A stretch of 64,000 bases of DNA from Alphaproteobacteria bacterium. GTDB lineage: Bacteria > Pseudomonadota > Alphaproteobacteria > SP197. The notes beneath the pieces were generated by a model that saw only the letters and a list, made by a program, of their open reading frames with translations, was not told the origin of the DNA and did no database searches. The stretch covers positions 452,045-516,044 of the forward strand of contig CBDCRU010000002.1 in the NCBI GenBank assembly GCA_965221115.1, written 5' to 3'. Shown here piece by piece: positions 56,913 to 64,000 of this stretch. Every line of letters starts with the position of its first letter. Position 1 is the first letter of the stretch. The position numbers were made by a program, and so were the translations under genes.

Positions 56913-57970
56913 GCCGCATCCCCCGCGGCATGGCTGTCGGCAAGGGCGCTCAGAACCTTCTGGGCGGTGATGCTTCCGACGATGGCGCCCTCCCCGCTCT
57001 TGACGGCAATGACATCAGCGCCGCCGGCAAACCGCGGCATGATCTCTTCGAGCGTGGCGTGTTCGTCGACCACGTCATCGGTCTGGGGAACGTCACCGGT
57101 GGCGATGTCGCCGGCGGTGATCACCTTCACCCGCGGCACGTCCTGGGTGAACTCGCTGACGTAGTCGTCGGCCGGCTGCATCACCACTTCTGCGGGCGTG
57201 CCGATCTGCACGATCCGGCCATCCTTCATGATGGCGATCCGGTCCGCCAGACGAAGGGCCTCGAGGAAGTCGTGGGTGATGAAGACGATGGTCTTGTGAA
57301 GCAGCTGCTGGAGACGCAGGAACTCGTCCTGCATCTGCCGGCGGATCAGGGGATCGAGAGCGGAAAAGGGCTCATCCAGGAACCACAGCTCCGGTTCGAC
57401 GGCGAGGCTCCTGGCGATCCCGACACGCTGCTGCTGACCGCCCGAGAGCTGGCGCGGATAGCTCGTCTCGCGCCCCGACAGTCCGACGAGATCGATCATC
57501 TCCATCGCCCGGGCGCGTCTTTCTTCCTTGGAGATGCCCTGGATCTGCAGGGGAAACGCGACGTTCTCGAGCACCGAGAGGTGCGGCAGGAGACCGAAGT
57601 TCTGGAACACCATGCCCATCTTGTGGCGGCGGATGTCGATCAGCTTGTCCCTGGAGACCTGCAGGAGGTCCTCGCCATCGAGAATCACCTCGCCGGCGGT
57701 CGGCTCGACGAGCCGGGAAAGGCAGCGGACGATGGTCGACTTGCCCGAACCAGAGAGCCCCATGATGACGAAGATCTCGCCGATGTGGACATCGAAGCTG
57801 ACATCGCAGGCGGCACCGATGTGGCCGGACTGGTTGATGGTCTCGACCAGGTCCGCGGTATCGGCCACATCGCCGTTGCCGGCGGTGAAGAACCTGTCGG
57901 CTTCGGGACCGTACACCTTCCAGACATGCCTGCAGGTCAGCTTGACTTCCTGGTCATCGGTTCCCGTCAT
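56909..57970 (-). CDS. ABC transporter ATP-binding protein (ProV/OpuAA-like) with C-terminal CBS-like region
   Basis: Walker A GLSGSGKST, Q-loop, signature LSGGQQQRVGIARS, Walker B LWFLDEPFSALD. Start MTGTDDQEVKL. Confidence 0.85.
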   Translation of the reverse strand: MTGTDDQEVKLTCRHVWKVYGPEADRFFTAGNGDVADTADLVETINQSGHIGAACDVSFDVHIGEIFVIMGLSGSGKSTIVRCLSRLVEPTAGEVILDGEDLLQVSRDKLIDIRRHKMGMVFQNFGLLPHLSVLENVAFPLQIQGISKEERRARAMEMIDLVGLSGRETSYPRQLSGGQQQRVGIARSLAVEPELWFLDEPFSALDPLIRRQMQDEFLRLQQLLHKTIVFITHDFLEALRLADRIAIMKDGRIVQIGTPAEVVMQPADDYVSEFTQDVPRVKVITAGDIATGDVPQTDDVVDEHATLEEIMPRFAGGADVIAVKSGEGAIVGSITAQKVLSALADSHAAGDAA

Positions 57971-58060
57971 GATCTCCTCGCATGGGCCATGCCTCGATAC
58001 CGGACTGTCCCACCTTCTCCCCAATATGGGACAATCTATCCCCTCGGACCGCAAAACGCC

Positions 58061-59278
58061 ATGATCCGGGCCAGCGGTCTCGACCGCTCCCGCGAAGAGG
58101 TGCAATATGGCGGCGCAACCTCTTGGGAGTCTGCACGTAAGGCCATGCTCAGGACCGAGGACATCGAGGGTCTTCGTCGCCCGACGGGCGAGGCCCGTGG
58201 CTTGCCGGGACGCGTCTACACCTGCGAGGACTTCGCCCGCGAGGAGCATGCGCGTCTCTTCGCGCGGACCTGGACATTTGCCGGATACGCCCACGAGGTG
58301 CCGGAGACCGGATCCGTCATGCCAAGGACGCTGGCCGGCGTCCCGCTCCTCTTCACGCGCACCCGCACTGGCGAGGTCCGGTGCTTCCACAACATCTGCA
58401 CCCACCGCGGTTCGCTCCTCGTCGACGAGGCGGCGGGCGGCCTTGCCACCCTGCGCTGCCGCTATCACGGCTGGACCTTCGATCTCGACGGAGAACTGCG
58501 CCTGACACCCCACTGGGGCGGTCACAACCAGGGACAGGCTGAGGGGTTCGACAAGTCCTGCCATGGTTTGAAGCCCGTCCGCATGGCGCGCTGGCTCGAC
58601 TGGATCTTCGTCAACGTCGATGGCGAGGCCGAACCCTTTGACGACTACGCCCGTCCCTTCATGGCCCATCTTTCCGAGTACGGCCTCGATGATGCCACCT
58701 GGGCGCTCACCCTCCACTACGACATCGCCGGCAACTGGAAGCTGGTGGCCGAGAACTACCTCGAGACGCTCCATCTCAATTTCGTGCACACCCTGCTCGC
58801 CGAGGCAGCCCCCTTCGAGCAGCACGAGGTCATCACTGAAGGCGCCTGTCTCGGCACCATCATCGACGTCGGTTTGCCCGCCACCTGGACCGGGGATGAG
58901 TCATTGCCACGCTGGCCGGGCATCGATGGCGCCAACAGGACGGCCAAGAACCTGGCGCTCTTTCCCAACTTCAAGTTCGTGGTCGGCCCCGATCATGCCT
59001 GCACCATGGTGGAGTTTCCGGATGGCGCCGGTCATTCCCACCAGCGCTGGGATTTCTACTTCCACGGCGAAGGCGCCACGGCGCCGGCCTATGCCGATGC
59101 GAGGAAGGCGATCATCGACTTCTTCGACACCACCAACGTCGAGGACTTCAACGCCGTGGAGGCGGTGCACAGGGGGCATGCGTCTCCGGCCATGCAGGGT
59201 GCCCGCTTCAACGGCATCTGGGAGGGGGGCGTGCACCACTTCCAGAAACTCGTTGCCCACTACATGAGCGAGCCATGA
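58061..59278 (+). CDS. Rieske [2Fe-2S] non-haem iron oxygenase alpha subunit (GbcA/CntA/stachydrine-demethylase-like)
   Basis: Rieske motif CFHNICTHRG ... CRYHGWTF. The start is uncertain (58061 or the ATG near 58145). ORF-track 56897..59278 is an antisense extension over the transporter genes. Confidence 0.78.
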   Translation: MIRASGLDRSREEVQYGGATSWESARKAMLRTEDIEGLRRPTGEARGLPGRVYTCEDFAREEHARLFARTWTFAGYAHEVPETGSVMPRTLAGVPLLFTRTRTGEVRCFHNICTHRGSLLVDEAAGGLATLRCRYHGWTFDLDGELRLTPHWGGHNQGQAEGFDKSCHGLKPVRMARWLDWIFVNVDGEAEPFDDYARPFMAHLSEYGLDDATWALTLHYDIAGNWKLVAENYLETLHLNFVHTLLAEAAPFEQHEVITEGACLGTIIDVGLPATWTGDESLPRWPGIDGANRTAKNLALFPNFKFVVGPDHACTMVEFPDGAGHSHQRWDFYFHGEGATAPAYADARKAIIDFFDTTNVEDFNAVEAVHRGHASPAMQGARFNGIWEGGVHHFQKLVAHYMSEP

Positions 59279-60156
59279 ACACTGACGTCTTCATCACCTG
59301 CGCCGTGACCGGCGCCGGCGACACCACGGACAAAAGCCACCTCGTGCCGGTGACGCCCGAGGCCATCGCCGATGCGGCCATCGAGGCCGCCCGTGCCGGC
59401 GCCGCCATCGCCCACATTCACGTGCGTGACGTGAAGACCGGCAAGGGCAACCGGGACAGGGACGCCTTCCGCGAGGTCGTGGCAAGGGTGCGCGACAGCG
59501 AGTGCGACGTCGTTCTCAACCTGACCACGGGCATGGGTGGCGACTACGTCCCCGACGCAGACGATCCGGGGCACGCGTCTCCTGGAAGCGACATGGCATC
59601 GCCCGAGGAGCGGGTGCTCCACGTCGAGGAACTGCTCCCGGAGATCTGCAGCCTCGATGTCGCCACCATGAACTTCACCGACGGCGCCTTCATCAACGTC
59701 CCCGATCACCTGAGGGTCATGGGCGAGCGCATCGCCAAGGCCGGCGTCAAGCCGGAACTCGAGTGCTTCGATCTGGGTCATGTCAGGCTGGCCAACCAGC
59801 TCATCTCCGAGGGGGTCATCGAGGAACCGCCGCTCTTCCAGATCTGCCTGGGCGTTCCCTGGGGGGCTCCGGCGGATCCCGAATCGCTGATCGCCATGCG
59901 CAACCTGCTTCCCGACAATGCCCACTGGTCGGCCTTCGGGATCAGCCGCATGCAGATCCCCATGGCGGCGCAGGCCGTGATCTCGGGCGGCAACGTGCGC
60001 GTCGGCCTCGAGGACAATCTCTACCTTTCGCGAGGCGTGCTTGCGACCAACGGCCAGCTCGTGGAGCGTGCCGTCGAGGTCGTCGAACGCCTCGGCGCGC
60101 GGATCATGAGCCCCGCCGAGACGCGCCAGAAACTGGGTTTGACGAAGCAGTTCTAA
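59275..60156 (+). CDS. beta-keto acid cleavage enzyme (BKACE/DUF849, 3-keto-5-aminohexanoate cleavage enzyme family)
   Basis: 293 aa. The N-terminal [11 protein letters not shown] and the HIHVRD motif are typical of BKACE. Confidence 0.78.
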   Translation: MNTDVFITCAVTGAGDTTDKSHLVPVTPEAIADAAIEAARAGAAIAHIHVRDVKTGKGNRDRDAFREVVARVRDSECDVVLNLTTGMGGDYVPDADDPGHASPGSDMASPEERVLHVEELLPEICSLDVATMNFTDGAFINVPDHLRVMGERIAKAGVKPELECFDLGHVRLANQLISEGVIEEPPLFQICLGVPWGAPADPESLIAMRNLLPDNAHWSAFGISRMQIPMAAQAVISGGNVRVGLEDNLYLSRGVLATNGQLVERAVEVVERLGARIMSPAETRQKLGLTKQF

Positions 60157-60163
60157 CGGCAGG

Positions 60164-60586
60164 TTGCGGACCATGGTCGAGAAGATCGTCAGGACCGATG
60201 AAGAGTGGCAGGCCCAACTGACCGAAGAGCAGTTCAGGGTGACGAGGCGTGCCGGAACGGAAAGGCCGTTCACCGGGTCCTATCACGGAACCGGCGAACC
60301 GGGTCTCTATCGTTGTGTCTGCTGCGATGCGGTGCTCTTCGACTCGGCGACCAAGTTCGAGTCAGGCACGGGGTGGCCGAGCTTCTGGGCTCCGATCGAC
60401 GACGAGGCGGTCGAGCTCAAGTCCGACAGGAGCATCTTCTTCATGCCCCGAACGGAAGTGGTCTGCGCCCGCTGCGACGCCCATCTCGGCCATGTCTTCC
60501 CCGACGGACCGCCCCCGACCCACCAGCGCTACTGCTTGAACTCGGCCGCCCTCACTCACGAGAAGGCGAGCGACGGCGGAACGTGA
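60164..60586 (+). CDS. msrB: peptide-methionine (R)-S-oxide reductase MsrB
   Basis: CVCC...C Zn site. GWPSF. Catalytic [14 protein letters not shown]. Confidence 0.9.
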   Translation: MRTMVEKIVRTDEEWQAQLTEEQFRVTRRAGTERPFTGSYHGTGEPGLYRCVCCDAVLFDSATKFESGTGWPSFWAPIDDEAVELKSDRSIFFMPRTEVVCARCDAHLGHVFPDGPPPTHQRYCLNSAALTHEKASDGGT

Positions 60587-61590
60587 AGCCCGGACCGCTC
60601 AACCTCATCACAGATGTCGATGGCATCCTCGTCGGTCAGGCGGAGGATCACCATGTCAGGACCGGTGTCACCGCCATCGTCCCTTCAGAACGCGTCACCG
60701 CCGCCGCCGACGTGAGGGGCGGCGCCCCGGGCACTCGCGAGACCGGCACGCTCCATGTCGCCAGCCTCGTTGACGCCGTGGATGCGGTCGTGCTCTCCGG
60801 CGGCTCGGTCTTCGGTCTCGATGCGGCAGGCGGCGCCGTGGCACGGCTGGCCGAAGAGGGACGGGGTTTTCCGACCTCCGCCGGCAGGGTTCCGGTGGTG
60901 CCGGCGGCCATCCTCTTCGATCTCGCGAACGGCGGCCACAAGGCGTGGGGCCAGCATTCTCCCTACCCTGACCTGGGGTACCGGGCGGTCCAGGCGGCGG
61001 GATGCCGTTTCGATCTCGGCAATACCGGTGCCGGTCTCGGCGCCACCGCCGGCGCCCTGAAGGGCGGAACCGGCAGCGCCTCGGCGGTAACCGACGACGG
61101 TCTCCAGGTGGGAGCCATCGTCGCGGTCAATGCCGTCGGATCGACGGTGATCCCCGGCACCTCGACGCTCTGGGCGGCTCTCCTTGAACAGGCCGGCGAG
61201 ATGGGAATGCCGCCACGCTCGCTGCCCGAAGGACCTCTGAACCTCGATGACCGGCTCAAGGGCTTCGCCGGCGAGAACACCACCATCGGCGTCGTTGCAA
61301 CCAACGCGACCCTCGACAAGGGGGCCCTCAACCGCATGGCCATCATGGCCCATGATGGCCTCGCCCGGGCCATCCGGCCCGTTCACACGCCCTTCGATGG
61401 CGACACCATCTTCGCGCTCGCCACGGCCAGGCAACCGGACACCATCGATGCCGTCACGCTCGCACGCCTGGGCTCGATGGCGTCAGATTGCGTGACGAGG
61501 GCAACGGGACGGGCCATGGTGGCGGCGGAAAGCCTTGACGGCATGACGAGCTACAGCGACTGGAGGGATGGCAGGTGCCAACAGCAGTGA
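60583..61590 (+). CDS. P1/S58-family peptidase (DmpA/L-aminopeptidase-like)
   Basis: GTG start overlaps the msrB stop. N-terminal [13 protein letters not shown] and the Gly/Thr-rich autoprocessing region. Confidence 0.7.
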   Translation: MKPGPLNLITDVDGILVGQAEDHHVRTGVTAIVPSERVTAAADVRGGAPGTRETGTLHVASLVDAVDAVVLSGGSVFGLDAAGGAVARLAEEGRGFPTSAGRVPVVPAAILFDLANGGHKAWGQHSPYPDLGYRAVQAAGCRFDLGNTGAGLGATAGALKGGTGSASAVTDDGLQVGAIVAVNAVGSTVIPGTSTLWAALLEQAGEMGMPPRSLPEGPLNLDDRLKGFAGENTTIGVVATNATLDKGALNRMAIMAHDGLARAIRPVHTPFDGDTIFALATARQPDTIDAVTLARLGSMASDCVTRATGRAMVAAESLDGMTSYSDWRDGRCQQQ

Positions 61591-62261
61591 TCACGGGGGC
61601 AAGCCGGGGGATCGGCCTCGAACTCACCAGGCAGTACCTTGCCGACGGCTGGCTGGTCCATGCCGGAGCCCGCCAGCCCGACGAGGCGACGGGGTTGTCG
61701 GAACTGGCGTGTCCAAAGCTTGTCGTCCACCGGCTCGACGTGACGAGGAGCGCGGATGCGGCCTCCCTTGCCGCATCGCTCGGCGGGGCGCCGGTCGATC
61801 TCCTCATCAACAACGCCGGCATCTGGTTCGGTGATGACGAGCTCTATGGCCGGTTCAGCGACGAGGCATGGATCGAGCAGTTCCGTGTCCACGTGTTCGG
61901 CGTCATGACCATGGTGGCGGCACTCAAGGACAATGTTGCGGCGAGCGAGGGGCGCACCATCATCAACATCTCCAGCGGCAGCGGCAGCTTCGGCTGGAAA
62001 GCAAAGTCGCCCGACTACCCCTACAACTCCTCGAAGGCGGCGCTCAACATGCTGGCGAAGGGGCTGGCCGTGGATTTCCGGGCACGAGGGATCATCGTCG
62101 TCAACCTGACACCGGGGTTCGTCGCAACCGACATGACGGGCCATGACGCGGACCTCGACCCCGCCACCAGCGTTGCCGGCATGCGCCAGGTCATCGCCGG
62201 GCTCGACAGCGCCGCCAGCGGCTCGTTCCTGCGCTACAACGGCGAGGTCGCGCCATGGTAA
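61575..62261 (+). CDS. SDR-family oxidoreductase
   Basis: [10 protein letters not shown] Rossmann motif. NNAG. YxxxK (YNSSKAALN). Confidence 0.8.
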   Translation: MPTAVITGASRGIGLELTRQYLADGWLVHAGARQPDEATGLSELACPKLVVHRLDVTRSADAASLAASLGGAPVDLLINNAGIWFGDDELYGRFSDEAWIEQFRVHVFGVMTMVAALKDNVAASEGRTIINISSGSGSFGWKAKSPDYPYNSSKAALNMLAKGLAVDFRARGIIVVNLTPGFVATDMTGHDADLDPATSVAGMRQVIAGLDSAASGSFLRYNGEVAPW

Positions 62262-62929
62262 AATCCGTTCTCATCACCGGCACAAGCCGCGGCATCGGCT
62301 TCGAATTCGCGGCTCAGTATGCCGCCGCCGGCTGGAAGGTCCACGCCTGCTGCCGCCGACCCGACGATGTCTCCTTCGACCGTGGCATCGACGTGCATGC
62401 ACTCGATGTGACCGACCAGGCGTCGATCGAGGCTCTCGCCTCATCCCTCGATGACACGGCCATCGATCTTCTCATCAACAACGCCGGAATCTTCGGCGGT
62501 CCCCGCCAGGATGTCGGCGAGACGCGTGACGATGACTGGGAACTGGTGATGCGCACCAACGTCATCGCTCCCTTCAGGGTGACCGATGCGCTGAGGGGAC
62601 ATCTTGCCCGTGCGCCCCACGCTACTGTCGTCCACATCTCGAGCCTCGCCGGTTCCATCGCCGACAACCATTCCGGAGGCATCCACCTCTACCGGACCAG
62701 CAAGACGGCGCTCAACATGGTGGCGGCGAACCAGGCCCGTGACCTCGCCGGAGACGACATCACGGTCCTCGCTCTTCATCCGGGGTGGGTCAGGACGGAC
62801 ATGGGGGGCCAATCCGCGCCGCTCTCCACCAAGGAGAGCGTGGCAGGCATGCGCCAGGTGATCGCGTCGGCCTCCACGGAGATGAGCGGCGGGTTTTTCA
62901 ACTACAACGGCGATTCCCTGCCCTGGTAG
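62255..62929 (+). CDS. SDR-family oxidoreductase (tandem paralogue)
   Basis: LITGTSRGIG, NNAG, YRTSKTALN. Confidence 0.8.
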   Translation: MVKSVLITGTSRGIGFEFAAQYAAAGWKVHACCRRPDDVSFDRGIDVHALDVTDQASIEALASSLDDTAIDLLINNAGIFGGPRQDVGETRDDDWELVMRTNVIAPFRVTDALRGHLARAPHATVVHISSLAGSIADNHSGGIHLYRTSKTALNMVAANQARDLAGDDITVLALHPGWVRTDMGGQSAPLSTKESVAGMRQVIASASTEMSGGFFNYNGDSLPW

Positions 62930-62958
62930 GCCGCCCGGACCTCCAGGCGCCGCCGTCT

Positions 62959-64000
62959 TCAGGAAACAGTGGCGCCGGTCTTTTGTCCGGAGGTGGCGGC
63001 GATCCTGCCGTGGCACTGCTTGTACTTGCGCCCGGAACCGCAGGGACAGCGTTCATTGCGCCCTACCCTGCCCCATGTCGACGGATCGGCGGGGTTGCGG
63101 TCACTCTGCCTGACGCGGCGCATCGCGGCCGGCATCGGCCGCCACCCGCCGCGCCCGGACGACGGCATCTCGGGGGTGCCGCGTGATTCCAGCATGCGCC
63201 GCCGCGCCTCCTCCTGGCGCTGCGCCTCCATCTCCGCCGACGAACGGATCTCGACGCGCATCAGAAGCTGGGTGACCGATTCGCGCACGGAGATGAGCAG
63301 GTCGTCGAACAGGTTGAAGGCTTCCCGCTGGTACTCCCGCAGCGGATCCCTCTGTGCATAGCTTCTCAACCCGACAGACTGCCGCAGGTGGTCGAGAGCA
63401 AGCAAGTGGTCACGCCATTTCTGGTCGATGACCTGAAGGAGCAGGCTCTTCTCGGCGATTCTCATCACCTCCGGCGTGAATTCCGTCTCCTTGCGGTCCA
63501 TGGCCCCGTCGGCTGCGCCGAGAAGGCGGTCGAGCACTTCCTCCTCGGCCATGCCCTCTTCTGCCGCCCATGCGGCGACCGGAAGATCGATCCCGAGAAT
63601 GCGCCGGACGTCGTTCTCGAGACCCTCGATGTCCCACTGCTCGGGGTAGGTGTCGGCGGGAATGGCGCCGTTCACGCAGTCCTCGATGACTTCCCGGCGC
63701 ATGTCCTTGATGGTGTCGGCAACCTCGGTCGCGGCCATCAGGTCGCGGCGCTGCTCATAGACCACCTTGCGCTGGTCGTTCATGACGTTGTCGAAGCGCA
63801 GCAGCGTCTTGCGGATCTCGAAGTTGCGCGCCTCGACCTTGCCTTGCGCCCTCTCGATCGCCTTGTTGACCCAGGAATGGGCGATCGCCTCGCCTTCCTC
63901 GAGGCCAAGCTTCTGGAGCATGGAATCGAGCTTGTCGGATCCGAAGATGCGCATCAGGTCATCTTCGAGGGAGAGCAGGAAGGTTGACGCTCCCGGGTCG
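62959..64000 (-). CDS. secA: preprotein translocase ATPase SecA, C-terminal part (gene continues beyond the window)
   Basis: C-terminal Zn-binding tail CPCGSGRKYKQCHG. Conserved SecA helical scaffold/wing region. Confidence 0.88.
   Translation of the reverse strand, partial: DPGASTFLLSLEDDLMRIFGSDKLDSMLQKLGLEEGEAIAHSWVNKAIERAQGKVEARNFEIRKTLLRFDNVMNDQRKVVYEQRRDLMAATEVADTIKDMRREVIEDCVNGAIPADTYPEQWDIEGLENDVRRILGIDLPVAAWAAEEGMAEEEVLDRLLGAADGAMDRKETEFTPEVMRIAEKSLLLQVIDQKWRDHLLALDHLRQSVGLRSYAQRDPLREYQREAFNLFDDLLISVRESVTQLLMRVEIRSSAEMEAQRQEEARRRMLESRGTPEMPSSGRGGWRPMPAAMRRVRQSDRNPADPSTWGRVGRNERCPCGSGRKYKQCHGRIAATSGQKTGATVS

Overview
This window is a high-GC proteobacterial chromosome segment, most likely alphaproteobacterial, with two accessory inserts.

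Core genes:
- Two tandem homocysteine S-methyltransferase paralogues (1..1805).
- An Rrf2 regulator followed by a sufB-sufC-sufD-sufS-sufU-like-sufT-sufA operon (4.6..11.0 kb).
- A lytic transglycosylase, a nitroreductase, ggt on the minus strand, an FAD oxidoreductase and a fused 1198-aa CydDC-like ABC exporter (up to 20.2 kb).
- After the island: a ProV/ProW-like ABC transporter with a fused double permease, a Rieske oxygenase and a BKACE enzyme (a betaine/carnitine-type catabolic cluster), msrB, an S58 peptidase, two SDRs and the 3' end of secA.

Small islet at 1.85..4.56 kb:
- Tiny zinc-ribbon ORFs and a hypothetical protein.
- An IS-transposase remnant with an in-frame TGA.
- A Ser-type tRNA whose anticodon reads UUA, which is ochre-suppressor-like.

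Mosaic defence/mobile island of about 34.5 kb (about 20.25..54.78 kb), of mixed and often lower GC:
- A GGCT-like gene and a GIY-YIG-like gene.
- A decayed IS481-like transposase.
- An RHH-M1-M2 methyltransferase operon convergent with a PLD-family (HKD) nuclease whose 3' end is cut by an IS1634-family element. This looks like an inactivated BfiI-like Type IIS restriction-modification (R-M) system.
- An Mrr remnant.
- An AT-rich 722-aa AAA_13/RloC-PrrC-like ABC ATPase with a degenerate P-loop.
- A YhaO/YhaN (SbcD/SbcC-like) pair.
- A VapB antitoxin with a truncated VapC.
- A phage-type integrase pseudogene interrupted by a second IS1634-like element.
- A Gabija system whose gajA is split 27 codons into the gene by a 4.05-kb IS21-family element (istA-istB plus passenger ORFs, about 50-bp inverted repeats, 6-bp ACCTGC target-site duplication), with an intact gajB.
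- HEPN-motif ORFs, an ATPase gene fragment, a 9-bp tandem repeat and a second integrase remnant at the island edge.

I found no CRISPR array and no rRNA.
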